From Candidatus Marinacidobacterales bacterium (GTDB lineage Bacteria; Acidobacteriota; Vicinamibacteria; Marinacidobacterales; DATDRI01): a stretch of 64,000 nucleotides of DNA. The stretch is taken from positions 5,056,001-5,120,000 of the forward strand of contig CBDCNP010000002.1 in assembly GCA_965219415.1 (NCBI GenBank). The letters run 5' to 3'. The notes below the pieces were generated by a model. The model searched no databases and had not been told where the DNA came from. It saw nothing but the letters and a program-made list of their open reading frames with translations. Within the stretch, counting starts at the first letter, position 1. Every line of letters begins with the position of its first letter. Both the position numbers and the translations under genes were made by a program. Positions 9,195 to 19,423 of the stretch are shown here, piece by piece.

Positions 9195-10612
9195 AACGCA
9201 CCTCGGTCGCGGTTGTTGGAGGAGGAATCACCGGTCTCGCTGCGGCCCATACCCTCGCCCGCAAGTCGATTGATTTCCTACTCATAGAAAAAGAACAAAG
9301 ACTCGGCGGGACGATCCGTACCGAGCACGAGGCCGGGTTCTTGCTCGATACGGGTCCGGACGCCTTCCTCGCTCAAAAACCCGACGGTGTTGCCCTGTGC
9401 CGTGAGCTCGGCATCGAGAAACGTTTGATTCCAACCAATCCCGCCGAACGAGCGGTCTTCGTGCTACACGGCGGTCGTCTGCACCCGCTTCCCGAAGGAA
9501 TGGTGTTGACGGTGCCCACCCGGATTTTCCCTCTCGCGTCGTCGAGTTTATTTTCCATCACCGGAAAAATGAGGATGGCACTCGAGTTCTTGATACCGGC
9601 GCGGCAAGAACCGGATGAATCCATCGCCTCTTTCGTGAGGCGCAGGCTAGGGAAGGAGGCTCTCGAACGATTGGCCGAGCCTCTTCTCGCAGGAATCCAT
9701 TCCGGCGACGCGGAGCGGCTTTCGATGAGTTTCCTTTTTCCACGTTTCGTGGAGCTCGAAAAGAAGCACGGGAGTCTCATTCGAGGAATGCGCAAGGCGG
9801 TGCCTCGACGACATCCCGACAAGAAAGGTGGCAAGGCACCCTCGATCTTTCTGTCGCTCGAGGGTGGGCTCGGCGAGTTGGTGGATGCGATTTCCGAGAG
9901 ACTACCCGAGGGTACGGTGCTTAGAGGAGAAGGGGTCCGCGCAATTCGGATGGAAGGGAAGCGTTACTGTTTGCGGCTCGATTCAGGCGAGGAAGTCTCT
10001 GCCTCCGCGTGTGTGCTGGCGGTTCCGCTGCGAGCGGCGGAACGGTTGGTCGAAGGCGTCTCCACCGACGTCGCCGACTTGCTCGTCGGCATTCCAGCGG
10101 TTTCCACCGCGGTCTGCTTCTTGGGCTTTCCCCGCGAACAGGTGCGCCACCCCCTCAACGGGTATGGCTTTGTTGTACCGCGCACCGAGGGGCGCCGGAT
10201 CTTGGCCGCAACGTTCGTGTCTTCGAAATTCGCGAACCGCGCCCCAAGCTCCCAGGTGCTTCTGCGGGCCTTTTTGGGTGGAGCGAGAGATCCAGATGTG
10301 CTCGGACTCTCGGACGTGGCACTCTCCGAGCTCGCGAGGCGCGAGCTCGGAGAGATTCTAGGCTTGCTCGGAGAGCCATCTTTCTCGAGAGTGCACCGCT
10401 GGCAAGACGGCACGCCTCAAGTAGAAGTGGGTCATGCGGATCGCCTCGCGGCCATCGAAGCCCGGCTCCGGGAAACGCCGGGATTGGAGTTGGCGGGGAA
10501 CGGCGTCCGTGGTGTTGGTATTCCCGACTGCATTGCGGATGGGCGCCGGAGAGCCGAAGCGGCTGTGGAATTTCTGGAAAGCGGGGCGGCCGAGTCAACG
10601 GCGGGGATTTGA
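9191..10612 (+). CDS. hemY: HemY-type FAD-dependent (copro/proto)porphyrinogen oxidase
   Basis: GTG start overlapping the hemH stop; GGGITGLAAA dinucleotide motif; GPDAFL; GVGIPDCI. Confidence 0.9.
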   Translation: MKRTSVAVVGGGITGLAAAHTLARKSIDFLLIEKEQRLGGTIRTEHEAGFLLDTGPDAFLAQKPDGVALCRELGIEKRLIPTNPAERAVFVLHGGRLHPLPEGMVLTVPTRIFPLASSSLFSITGKMRMALEFLIPARQEPDESIASFVRRRLGKEALERLAEPLLAGIHSGDAERLSMSFLFPRFVELEKKHGSLIRGMRKAVPRRHPDKKGGKAPSIFLSLEGGLGELVDAISERLPEGTVLRGEGVRAIRMEGKRYCLRLDSGEEVSASACVLAVPLRAAERLVEGVSTDVADLLVGIPAVSTAVCFLGFPREQVRHPLNGYGFVVPRTEGRRILAATFVSSKFANRAPSSQVLLRAFLGGARDPDVLGLSDVALSELARRELGEILGLLGEPSFSRVHRWQDGTPQVEVGHADRLAAIEARLRETPGLELAGNGVRGVGIPDCIADGRRRAEAAVEFLESGAAESTAGI

Positions 10613-10626
10613 ATTCAGCCCAAATG

Positions 10627-10700
10627 TGGCTGGGAAGCAGGGATTCGAACCCCGATTCCGTGGTCCAGAGCCACGTGTCCTACCATTGGACGACTTCCCA
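10627..10700 (-). tRNA. tRNA-Gln (CTG)
   Basis: Reverse complement folds as a 74-nt cloverleaf TGGGAAG..CTCTGGA..GGTTCGAATCC..CTTCCCAGCCA with anticodon CTG and encoded CCA. Confidence 0.95.
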
Positions 10701-12110
10701 AACAGCTGAGGCGTGTCCAGCATAGCGGCGGCGAGGCAAATTTGTCAACGGAAGCGTGATCCGGAGCAGCCGCCCGTCAGAAGCTCAAGATGAAGATCTC
10801 AAGGCCATGGGATTTCGTCTAAACGCTTTTTTTATAGGCAATTACAGGAATGTTAATGGCGGATGGTGCAGTTCGGAGCTATCCGGTCTCGGTAAAAGGT
10901 ATTTATAGAGTTTATAGAGTGTTACGTCGCGCTTTCGCCGCGCGCGTGGTGGGGCAATGTAGCGAAAACTCAGAGAAGCCCTGGTGCCCACGTCGTTCTA
11001 TCCTCTTGTCCTGCAGTGATTTAAAGCCATCCGTTACGTGCTGGTCCCCGCACGCCTCATCGACGGGTGGTCGTTCGAGCTTATTTGCGAATTGACATTT
11101 AATTTGATTTTCTATACGGCAATCTCAACCTCCTTGACGCCCGTAAGAGGGTCGTGTTGTAAACCCTCCGACGGAGGCTCCGCTCGTAAATCATTGTAGT
11201 GAAAAGCTATTACGCCTCATCGATGGACGCGTCGTCGACGGGAACACCTTTCCGACTATCGCAGTCGTAAGGTTCAAGTGGGGGCAAGTGGAGCTATTCG
11301 GGTCTTGGCAGCAAACAAGCAGTAACGGTGCAAAACAGGTCATAAAAATGCAATTGGAGGCCATTTCGGGGCCTAATCGAGCGCTAATCGCTCAGCTAAT
11401 GGGAAAACGCCGTCGTGTCCAAAAACACAAACGAACTCAAGACCCGCACGCCGCCGATGTCATCATCAGTAAGGGGCGATGCCGTTCGCCGACTGATGGA
11501 GATCAAGAGCGAGCGTGGCCGCGGCCGCAGGTTGGCTTACAACGTGACCTGCCTCACAGCGTTGCGACGAGGGCACGCTGCTCCTCCCAATCGTCGGGAA
11601 GCGGATGATGGAGGAGGTAGCTCGAGGTCAGCCCAACGGGCTGGCGACCGTCCACAATGGCGCGGACGATGTCGGGGGCCATGAATGCATAACGGATTGC
11701 CTTGCGCACGCGGTCCGTTGGGATGGCGTCTTCGGTGGCAATCTGCTCATAGGTTTTGCCTGCTTTGATTCGGTCGAGCCAGGAGAGGGCGTTGGCGATA
11801 TTGCGCAGGAGTGTGCGGTCGACGGATTTCGTGGGGTTGCCCCAGAACGAGCTTGGTCTCGACGCCGCGTCGACGCAAGCGGAACGGTGCGTGGATGCGG
11901 AGTGCATCCTCGCGAATGCGGTCGGGTCCCATAGACAGGCAATCAGCGAACGTATTGCGATCGAGCAGGATGGACACAGAGCCTGGGCTGATATCGACCC
12001 GCCGGATGAAACGGAGCAGGCTGGCTGCCGAGGCACTATCATTATTGCTACCGGAACACAGCCCGTCTAAAAAGCGACGTGGGCTTGATCCGGTTTCGTA
12101 GACGGTTTAG

Positions 12111-12977
12111 TTAAGCTGGCGAAGTCCTCATCCGTCGTTCAAACTCGGCCGGACTGACCTGGCCGAGGGTCGAGTGTCGTCGTCTCTGGTTGTAGAATAC
12201 CTCGATGAAGTCGAAGAGGGCCATCTTGGCCTCGCCGCAACTGAGGAAATGCTCCCCAAGCTCGTGCTTGACCGTGGAGAACCAGCTCTCGATGACGGCG
12301 TTGTCGTAGCAGTTGCCCCGTCGGCTCATGCTCCCGGTCATGCCATGCGTCTCAAGGAGACGTTGGTAGTCTTTGCTGGCATACGGACTGCCCTGATCGG
12401 AGTGATGCAAGAGCCCCGCGGCCGGTTGGCGACGTTTCAGTGCCATCCGCAACGCCTTGATAACCAGGTGACGGTCGTTAATAGCACTTACGGCCCACCC
12501 AACGAGGAATCGCGAGTAGAGGTCGAGGAGCGCCGCGAGATAAAGCTTCCCGCCGCTGCCGATCACGAACTCGGTCGTGTCCCCGACCCACCGTTGGTTC
12601 GGCGCATCGGCGACGAAGTCTTGCCCGAGCACATTGGCCGCGACGGGCTGGCCATGACCGCTTACCGTCGTGCGCTTGAAGCGTTTGCGTACTCGAGCAA
12701 TGAGGCCTTCTGCCTGTTTCAACCGAATCACCCGCTTCCGACTCACTCGATACCCCTGCTCGTGCAGGTCGTGATAAATCCGCGGACTCCCATAGGTGCG
12801 GCGACTCGCCTCATGGGAGGCACGAATCAACACGCGCAACTGGCGGTCCCGGCGCGCGTGGGCCGACGGCGGCCGACGTACCCAGGCATAAAAGCCACTC
12901 CGAGAGACGTTGAGAATCTGACACAGGTGAACGACCGGTACGGTGGCCTTCTCCGCCTGGATGAACGCGAATCTTAC
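12111..12977 (-). CDS. IS3 transposase OrfB (DDE; start approximate, probably frameshift-coupled)
   Basis: YGSPRI, WVGDTT, HHSDQGSPY, CYDNAVIES. Confidence 0.85.
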   Translation of the reverse strand, partial: VRFAFIQAEKATVPVVHLCQILNVSRSGFYAWVRRPPSAHARRDRQLRVLIRASHEASRRTYGSPRIYHDLHEQGYRVSRKRVIRLKQAEGLIARVRKRFKRTTVSGHGQPVAANVLGQDFVADAPNQRWVGDTTEFVIGSGGKLYLAALLDLYSRFLVGWAVSAINDRHLVIKALRMALKRRQPAAGLLHHSDQGSPYASKDYQRLLETHGMTGSMSRRGNCYDNAVIESWFSTVKHELGEHFLSCGEAKMALFDFIEVFYNQRRRHSTLGQVSPAEFERRMRTSPA

Positions 12978-13291
12978 TCGCTCTCCTTCGCGAAGAAGGC
13001 CGCGGCTTTTTTTAAAACGTCGCGCTCCACCCGCAACCGCCGATTCTCTTTGCGGAGCCGCCGAAGCTCCTCGCGTTCCACGCCCGTCAAGCCCGTCCGG
13101 CCCTTCGTCCGATCGGCCCGGGCCTGACGGACCCAGTTGCGAAACGCCGATTCGGTGAGGTCAAGCTCCCGGGCCACCCGACCCACGCTCTGGCCCTCAT
13201 CAAGCACCAGCCGGACCGCGCCTGCCTTAAACTCGTCATCAAACTCCCGGCGGGGTCGCCGGGGCTGCGTTGTCTTTGCCATTGTGGACAT
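12974..13291 (-). CDS. IS3 transposase OrfA
   Basis: RREFDDEFKAGAVRLV HTH; LKKAAAFF leucine-zipper end. Confidence 0.88.
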   Translation of the reverse strand: MSTMAKTTQPRRPRREFDDEFKAGAVRLVLDEGQSVGRVARELDLTESAFRNWVRQARADRTKGRTGLTGVEREELRRLRKENRRLRVERDVLKKAAAFFAKESE

Positions 13292-14705
13292 CGTATCCGC
13301 CTTTCAGAAAGTGTCCACGAAACTGGATCAAGCCCAACGCACCGAGGCGAGCTCTTGCATCGTCGGAGTGACGAGGCCGAGAAGGTCGTGGCATCCACAT
13401 GCTGTCGGATGAGATGCACGACGGTCTGTTCCAGCATCGGGGCGGGCAGTCGCCAGCCGGAGAGGTCCTTTTGGCCACTGTGCTGGATGAGGCGCCGGGA
13501 GACGTAGTAGCGGAGCCGTTGCCCGTTTTTCTTTTTGGTGTGGCTCGGCGTCAGCCGGTCCCCGGTCTCATCGAAGAGCTTGCCTGCCAGTGGGGAACGG
13601 GTTGCATGGCCCTTCGTCGTGCGTCTCCTTGGTTTGGCAGCCCCTGCCTGCAGCTGCGTTTGGACCGCGTCCCAGAGCTCCGGAGCGATGATCGATGGAT
13701 GCTGGCCCTCGTAGACACGCCTCTGGTGCCGGATGCGGCCGGCGTAGAGAGGATTGGTCAGCAGGCAGTGGAGGTGTCCGCGACGGAACGGCAGCCCGCC
13801 CGTTAGGGTTCCATCCGCGGCGAAGCGTCGCTTGGTGCGCAGTCCCAGACGGTCCGCGTCGGCCTTCACCTGCCGGAGCGTTCCGTGCTGCCGGTACAGC
13901 GCATAGAGCGTCCGGACCGTTTCGGCCTCAGCCTCGTTGATGCGCAGCGTGCGCTCGTCCTTCTCATAGCCGAGCGGTACGCGGCCGCCCATCCATAGTC
14001 CCTTGCGCTTGGAGGCAGCGACCTTATCGCGGATCCGCTCGGCCGTGACTTCTCGCTCGAATTGTGCGAAGGACAGCAGCATATGCAGCGTCAGTCGTCC
14101 CATGCTGGTCGCGGTGTTGAAGGACTGAGTCACCGAGACGAAAACCGCGCCGGGTTGCGGCCGAATGCCCGCCATAGGTCCGGCACTGGCGTTCGTACGC
14201 GAGAACGCGGCACAGGAAAGCGCGTGAGAACGAACTTGGCGGAGCAGCCTCGAAGGTCTGCTCCCAGACCCGCCGCAGGCTAGGAAGGTCCAAACCGTCC
14301 AGAACGACCCTCCGGCCAGCTCTTGTATCCTGCGGCATCACCGGACGTTCGCTCTTTTGCGCCGTAAAGTCCAGTCCAATGGGCGCTTCCGCGGGTGCGC
14401 AGTTCGCGGCCTGCAGCTCGTCCTGCAGCCGATTTGAGCCAGCCAGCCGTGCGTACCCCAGTGGGCCTGTCGCCCGCCACCCGCAGCCCAGGGGTCGGAA
14501 GCCAGCCCTGCGGCTCGAAATACTCTGGATTCTGCACGGATTCCAAGGGCGTCTAAGCTGCTGATTTGTGGTCTATTGCAAAAGGGCCGAGTTTTGGCAC
14601 AGGACGGGAAGGCCGGGTTGGCATCCAGCTCCTCGCCCGACACGACGAGCCGCGCTTGGAGTTGGTAGAGGCCGGTCGCCCTTGGAGCTTCGACGGCGAT
14701 GGGGC

Positions 14706-14882
14706 TGTGCCCTCTATTTATTCATCCGTGCGCGCCGAACTTGATCGGTCTCCGGTCTCCCGGGACCATGCCTGCATGATCTCGTCGTTTGTTCGCGCTC
14801 GGCCTTGGCACGGCCGCAAACACAAACACTAAGTTGCTGATTTATGGGCTATTTCAAAAGGGCCGAGCTTTGGCACAGGACG
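14706..14882. mobile_element. Hybrid-ended MITE (B end TGTGCC(T/C)TCTATTTATTCATCC to A end)
   Basis: Outward-facing B and A termini around the start of an rve transposase (MISSFVRA). Confidence 0.65.
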
Positions 14883-14941
14883 GCGTGGGCCTAGTTGTCC
14901 CCGTCGCCGTGCGCCATCTTGATTGCGAAGGTTGGATTACC

Positions 14942-15259
14942 TCAAGCTTTGCGCAGCCGCTTCACCGCAAGCACCACCAGAACCAGCGCCAGGATCAAAA
15001 GACCGAACATGAGCCCGGGGCTCATCCCGGTCTCCGCTGCCGTCGCCTCATCCGTTTCAGCGGTGGACTCTGCCATTTCTTCTACCGATTCGGCAGCCGA
15101 GTCCGCCATCTCGCCAGCAGCCTCAGCGGCTTCCCCAGCGGCGTCGGTTACCGCTTCCGATTCCTGCACGGCCTCCGATTCCTGCGCGGCGATGGCGTGG
15201 GTGAAACCCACTATCAACATAAGAGTTGCGATCGCAGCGAAACCAAAGATTCTCTTCAT
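14942..15259 (-). CDS. Small acidic exported protein with C-terminal membrane anchor
   Basis: AGGAGG RBS, signal peptide, E/A-rich linker, TM helix followed by KRLRKA. Confidence 0.7.
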   Translation of the reverse strand: MKRIFGFAAIATLMLIVGFTHAIAAQESEAVQESEAVTDAAGEAAEAAGEMADSAAESVEEMAESTAETDEATAAETGMSPGLMFGLLILALVLVVLAVKRLRKA

Positions 15260-16009
15260 CGCTCCCTCCTAATAGAACCCAACAATGCCATATATACAAA
15301 ATGTGAGAACGATGCAAGCGAAAGAAAGCCAGAGACGTTTGCCCCGAAGCCCACCACTCCTTAGGCCCGCCCAGGAGGATGCCGCGGAAGCGCAGGCGGC
15401 CGGTCCTCATGATCGGCGGACGGGTGCGAAGTCCGCTACCCGCAGCTCGCCCGGCAGCCGATTTGAGCCAGCCGTGCGCACGCCCGGTGGGCCTGTCGCT
15501 CGCCACCCGCAGCCCAGGGGGCAGAAGCCAGCCCTGCGGCGCGAAATACCCTCGATTCTGCGCGGATTCCAAGGGCGTCTAAGCTGCTGATTTGTGGTCT
15601 ATTTCTAAAGGGCCGAGTTTTGGCACAGGACGGGGTCGGAGGCGATGTCGGCGATTCGAGTTCCCCGTACGCGCAGGGAAAACACAGTCCAGCAAGGGGA
15701 TGCCACGCTCCCGAGCGGAAACCTGGGTCCAGGCCCGGGCCGCACTTGGACCAGAACGTGCTAGCCCGCTGCGCCGCGGTAGCCCCGGCCTCGATTCTAG
15801 GTCCTCTAGAGACGAGAGCGCGAACAAACGACGAAATCATGCCGGCACGGTCCCGGCAGACCGGAGACTAATCAAGTTCGGTGCGCACGGGTGAATAAAT
15901 AGAAGGCACAGCCGAGTTTTGGCACAGGACGGGCTGGCCGCCAACACTTAATTGCGGAAGCACCGCACAGGACGCGGTCTTGAGTTCGTTTGTGTTTTTG
16001 GACACGACG

Positions 16010-16084
16010 CGTTGGGCCCACGGACCAGGATCTCTCCATCCTTCGCGATCCTGACCTCGACTCCCTCGACGGGCTGTCCTACCG
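16010..16084 (-). pseudogene. 75-bp fragment of an AMP-dependent acyl-CoA ligase between two termini
   Basis: Translates VGQPVEGVEVRIAKDGEILVRGPN, a typical long-chain acyl-CoA ligase segment. Confidence 0.7.
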
Positions 16085-16445
16085 CGTCCTGTGCCAAAAC
16101 TCGGCCCTTTTGAAATAGGCCATAAATCAGCAGCTTAGTGTCTGTGTTTGCGACCGGGCCAAGGGCCGTGGGCTTTACAATCGTCTTGGGCGGGCGGGTC
16201 GTCACCATGCAGATGACCAGGTGCTTCCGCCATAAACTGTTGGCAGCCGAGCTCTAACCCGTGTATGTGGTAGAGTTTGAGCTTGAATTTGAGAGACGCA
16301 GTTCTTTCTGCGATGCCGGCTGGGCTGACCACACGGTGGCTGACGTCCAGGGACATCTTCGTGTTCACGCCGACATTCTTATTTATGGTGTTTGCCGACG
16401 CAGGCAGGCCAACTGACACTAGCATTCAAACGCGGCGTAGCAACA

Positions 16446-17888
16446 TATCTGGACTCCTCTAGTCAAGCCCCTTTCTTTCTAGTCACGCCCCTTTCTTAAT
16501 AAATCTTCCATCGAAGCTGCGCATCCATCGCGTCGTGACGAGTGGGTCAGACTGCAAACGTATCTTCGGCCTCAGTGAGGAGCGTCTTGGGTGCTCCGGG
16601 CCATGATGGAAAATCCGCGCGCGAGGAGCCAATCACTTTGAACGACCTCTTAGGGCCAGTGTTGCTATTGGCTTGACCCCGCGCCGGTCCGACCGGTACG
16701 CCATCAGTTGGATGGGTATCGTCGCAGCCTCTTTTGGAAGGGAAAAAGGAAAACACGAAAGTGGAGCCTCTAAATCTAAGCGGCCACCGGCGACTGGAAT
16801 TCACTCTCGCGGGTGGAGACGGCCCAGACGATCCGGGCGAGTTTGTTGGCGACAGCAATCACGGCCTTGTTGTGTCCCCGCGAGCGGTGGACCTTCCGAG
16901 CCCAGGCGCGGAGCTTGTCGGGCGGGCTCTTGCTGACGTTCGCCGCGCGGAGCACGGCGCGCCCGCCCTGGGTGAGGAGCATACGGAGGTAGGAGTCGCC
17001 ACGCTTGGTGATGCGTCCGAGGCGGCGAATGTCGCCACTGGAGTTTTCCTTGGGAACTAGGCCGAGGTAGCTCGAGAAGCGGCGCCCCGATGGGAAGCGG
17101 CGAAGATCGCCGACGAAGCCCACGATGGCGGTCGCGGCCAGAAGTCCGATGCCGGGAATGGCGAGAAGTCGTTGGACTTCAGGAAGCTGCTTGGTGAGCG
17201 CCTTGAGCTCGTGCTCGATGCTAGCGCACTTGTCCTTGAGTTCTCGAATCTCGGAGCAGGCATCACGGAGATGCGAACGGAGCACGTCGGGCAAATCAGA
17301 ATCAGCGTCTTCGACGAGTTCGAAGAGGGCGGGCACGACGAAGTGAGCGCCCTTTGGGATGATGAATCCGAGTTCGCGCAGGAGCCCGCGTACGGCATTG
17401 ATGCGTGCGGTCCGTGTGGAGAGCCATCCTGAGCGCAGGCGATGGAGCGCAGCGAGGGTGTGCTGGTGCACGGACTTGATGGGTACGGGAAGAAGCTCCT
17501 CGTTCCTGTAGGCCTCGAGCAACGCCTTCGTGTCGGCGCGGTCGTTCTTGCTCCCGCGTCGATACGGCCTCACGAGGTGAGGTGGGAGCAGGACGACGTC
17601 GTGTCCCAACCTTCGGAACGTCCTTGCCCAGAAGTGAGCCGAGCCGCAGGCTTCGAGAAGCACGGTGGCAGCGCTCTGTTTGGCAAAGAACGACACCAAT
17701 TTGGGTCGACTCACACGGAGTTGCTTGGACACCTTCCCCGCTTCTCCCGAGATGGCAATCTCGAAGACGTTCTTTGCAAGATCCACAGCGATTGTCGTAT
17801 CTTTCATTCGGACTCCTCCTTTTCGATGCGTATTCGACTGACTTTGGCACATCGATGCCGTCTATGTCAGTGGAGGAGTCCATTCCAT
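16446..17888 (-). mobile_element. IS110 family (IS1111 type), copy 1
   Basis: 1443 bp; subterminal IR TGGACTCCTC/GAGGAGTCCA; TG core at both junctions. Confidence 0.93.
16776..17807 (-). CDS. IS110 transposase/bridge recombinase
   Basis: AVDLAK, LLEACG, KNDRAD (DEDD); PGIG..ENSSG; AGGAGG RBS. Confidence 0.93.
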   Translation of the reverse strand: MKDTTIAVDLAKNVFEIAISGEAGKVSKQLRVSRPKLVSFFAKQSAATVLLEACGSAHFWARTFRRLGHDVVLLPPHLVRPYRRGSKNDRADTKALLEAYRNEELLPVPIKSVHQHTLAALHRLRSGWLSTRTARINAVRGLLRELGFIIPKGAHFVVPALFELVEDADSDLPDVLRSHLRDACSEIRELKDKCASIEHELKALTKQLPEVQRLLAIPGIGLLAATAIVGFVGDLRRFPSGRRFSSYLGLVPKENSSGDIRRLGRITKRGDSYLRMLLTQGGRAVLRAANVSKSPPDKLRAWARKVHRSRGHNKAVIAVANKLARIVWAVSTRESEFQSPVAA

Positions 17889-18004
17889 CACTTGATGGCG
17901 GAAGCACCCCCGGAGTGTAACGGAACTGCATGCTGGACCGAGATGGCGCGGATCAGGATAGGATAGCGGGCAGGACCGGCAACGGCTTTCAGGAGAGGAC
18001 CGCC

Positions 18005-19423
18005 ATGGCGAGTAAAGAGAAATTGCAGGCGTTTGTTGACGGATTTTGGGACGACGAGATCCTTCCCACCATCCAGGACTACATTCGCGTTCCCAACGTA
18101 TCTCCGGTGTTCGATCCCGACTGGGAACAAAACGGGCACATGGAGAAGGCGCACGAGCTTGCAAAGCGCTGGGTGGAGACGCATAAACCCGAAGGCTCGA
18201 CGCTCCACGTGGGGCGGTTGCCCGGTCGCACCCCGCTGCTGCTGTTAGAAGTGCCCGGAAAGAGCGATCGGACGGTTGTCATGTACGGGCATCTGGATAA
18301 ACAGCCGGAAATGACGGGGTGGCGTGATGGGCTCGGCCCTTGGGAGCCGGTAATGGAGGGCGAGAAACTCTATGGTCGTGGCGGGGCCGATGACGGCTAC
18401 GCAGTTTTCGCCTCGGTCTGTGCCCTACACGCGCTTCGTGCCCAGAATCTGGACCACGCGCGGGTGGTTGCCATCATCGAGTTCTCTGAGGAGAGCGGCT
18501 CTCCGGACCTTCCTGCTTACGTGGATCATTTCGAGGAACTGCTCGGCCAGCCCGAGCTCGTCGTTTGCCTGGATTCGGGAGCCGGCAATTACGATCAGTT
18601 CTGGTCTACGATCTCGCTGCGTGGGCTAGTGGGCGGCAAATTGAAGGTGCAGGTGCTTCAGGAAGGCGTCCATTCCGGCGATGCGAGCGGTATCGTCCCA
18701 TCCTCCTTCCGACTGTTTCGACCGTTGCTGGATCGTTTGGAAGATGCCGCGACGGGCCGGGTTCTGCCCGACGCCCTTCGTGTCGACATCCCCGCGCAGC
18801 GGGTCGAACAAGCGCGCCGGGTCGCCGAAGTTCTGAAAGACGGAGTGTACAGCAAGTTTCCGTGGATGAGTGGGATGAGGCCGGTCGAAGAAGATCCGAC
18901 CGAGCTCATCTTGAATCGCACTTGGCGACCCCAACTCGAGATCACCGGCCAGGACGGAATTCCCCCCGTGCAAAAGGCCGGCAATGTGCTGAGGCCCTAC
19001 ACGACCCTCAATCTGTCGCTACGGCTCCCGCCCACTCTCGCAACCGAGAAGGCGAAAGCCGTGGTGAAGGAACTTCTGGAAAAGGATCCGCCATACGGAG
19101 CCCATGTATCCGTCGAGTTCAACGAGCCGGCACAAGGTTGGAGCGCACCCGAGCTTTCTCCATGGCTCGGTCAGGCGATCGGGGAGGCCTCGGAGACTTT
19201 TTACGGAAAACCCGCCATGCACATGGGCGAGGGAGGCTCGATACCTTTCATGGGGATGTTGGGCGAGAAGTTCCCCAGCGCCCAGTTCGTGATCACCGGT
19301 GTACTGGGCCCCCAAAGCAACGCCCACGGACCCAACGAGTTCTTACACGTCGGGTACGCCAAGAAGCTCACCGCGTGTACGGCGCATATTCTGGGGAAAC
19401 ACCTGGAGAGCTCGGGGCGCTAG
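18005..19423 (+). CDS. M20 family metallo-dipeptidase
   Basis: YGHLDKQP, GRGGADDG, EESGS, HSG, NAHGPNE. Confidence 0.9.
   Translation: MASKEKLQAFVDGFWDDEILPTIQDYIRVPNVSPVFDPDWEQNGHMEKAHELAKRWVETHKPEGSTLHVGRLPGRTPLLLLEVPGKSDRTVVMYGHLDKQPEMTGWRDGLGPWEPVMEGEKLYGRGGADDGYAVFASVCALHALRAQNLDHARVVAIIEFSEESGSPDLPAYVDHFEELLGQPELVVCLDSGAGNYDQFWSTISLRGLVGGKLKVQVLQEGVHSGDASGIVPSSFRLFRPLLDRLEDAATGRVLPDALRVDIPAQRVEQARRVAEVLKDGVYSKFPWMSGMRPVEEDPTELILNRTWRPQLEITGQDGIPPVQKAGNVLRPYTTLNLSLRLPPTLATEKAKAVVKELLEKDPPYGAHVSVEFNEPAQGWSAPELSPWLGQAIGEASETFYGKPAMHMGEGGSIPFMGMLGEKFPSAQFVITGVLGPQSNAHGPNEFLHVGYAKKLTACTAHILGKHLESSGR

Larger units (their letters stand above)
12080..13336 (-). mobile_element. IS3-family insertion sequence, complete
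   Basis: IRs TGGGCTTGATCC(G/A)GTTTCGT; 3-bp TSD ACG, confirmed by the empty site near 45680; orfA/orfB with an A-run frameshift site. Confidence 0.92.
11554..14340 (-). pseudogene. Serine recombinase/DUF2924 pseudogene
   Basis: Compared with 45163-47257: interrupted by IS3, has small indels, and has an ~560-bp deletion near 14150 removing the catalytic N-terminus. Confidence 0.85.
10857..14606. repeat. Degraded copy 1 of the serine recombinase-DUF2924 unit (copy 2 at 44466-47525)
   Basis: Highly similar to 44466-47525 from TGGCGGATGGTGCAGTTCGG to ..GGCACAGGACG, apart from the IS3 insertion and deletions. Confidence 0.9.
16220..17908 (+). mobile_element. IS1-like MITE (~245 bp when empty) with IS110 inserted in its right IR
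   Basis: IRs at both ends; interior is a decayed transposase 3' end (AGLTTRWLTSRDIF vs AGLTTRRLTFRDIF); sister copy at 56166-57854. Confidence 0.8.

Noticed and set aside
10627-10700. tRNA-Gln as the island integration site
   Set aside because: Its 3' end faces hemY, away from the island, and no duplicated 3' fragment was seen.
14338-16425. Recurrent small ORFs such as MWSISKGPSFGTGR and KLLIYGLFQKGRVLAQD as a protein family
   Set aside because: They are translations of the repeated terminus in varying frames, not conserved genes.
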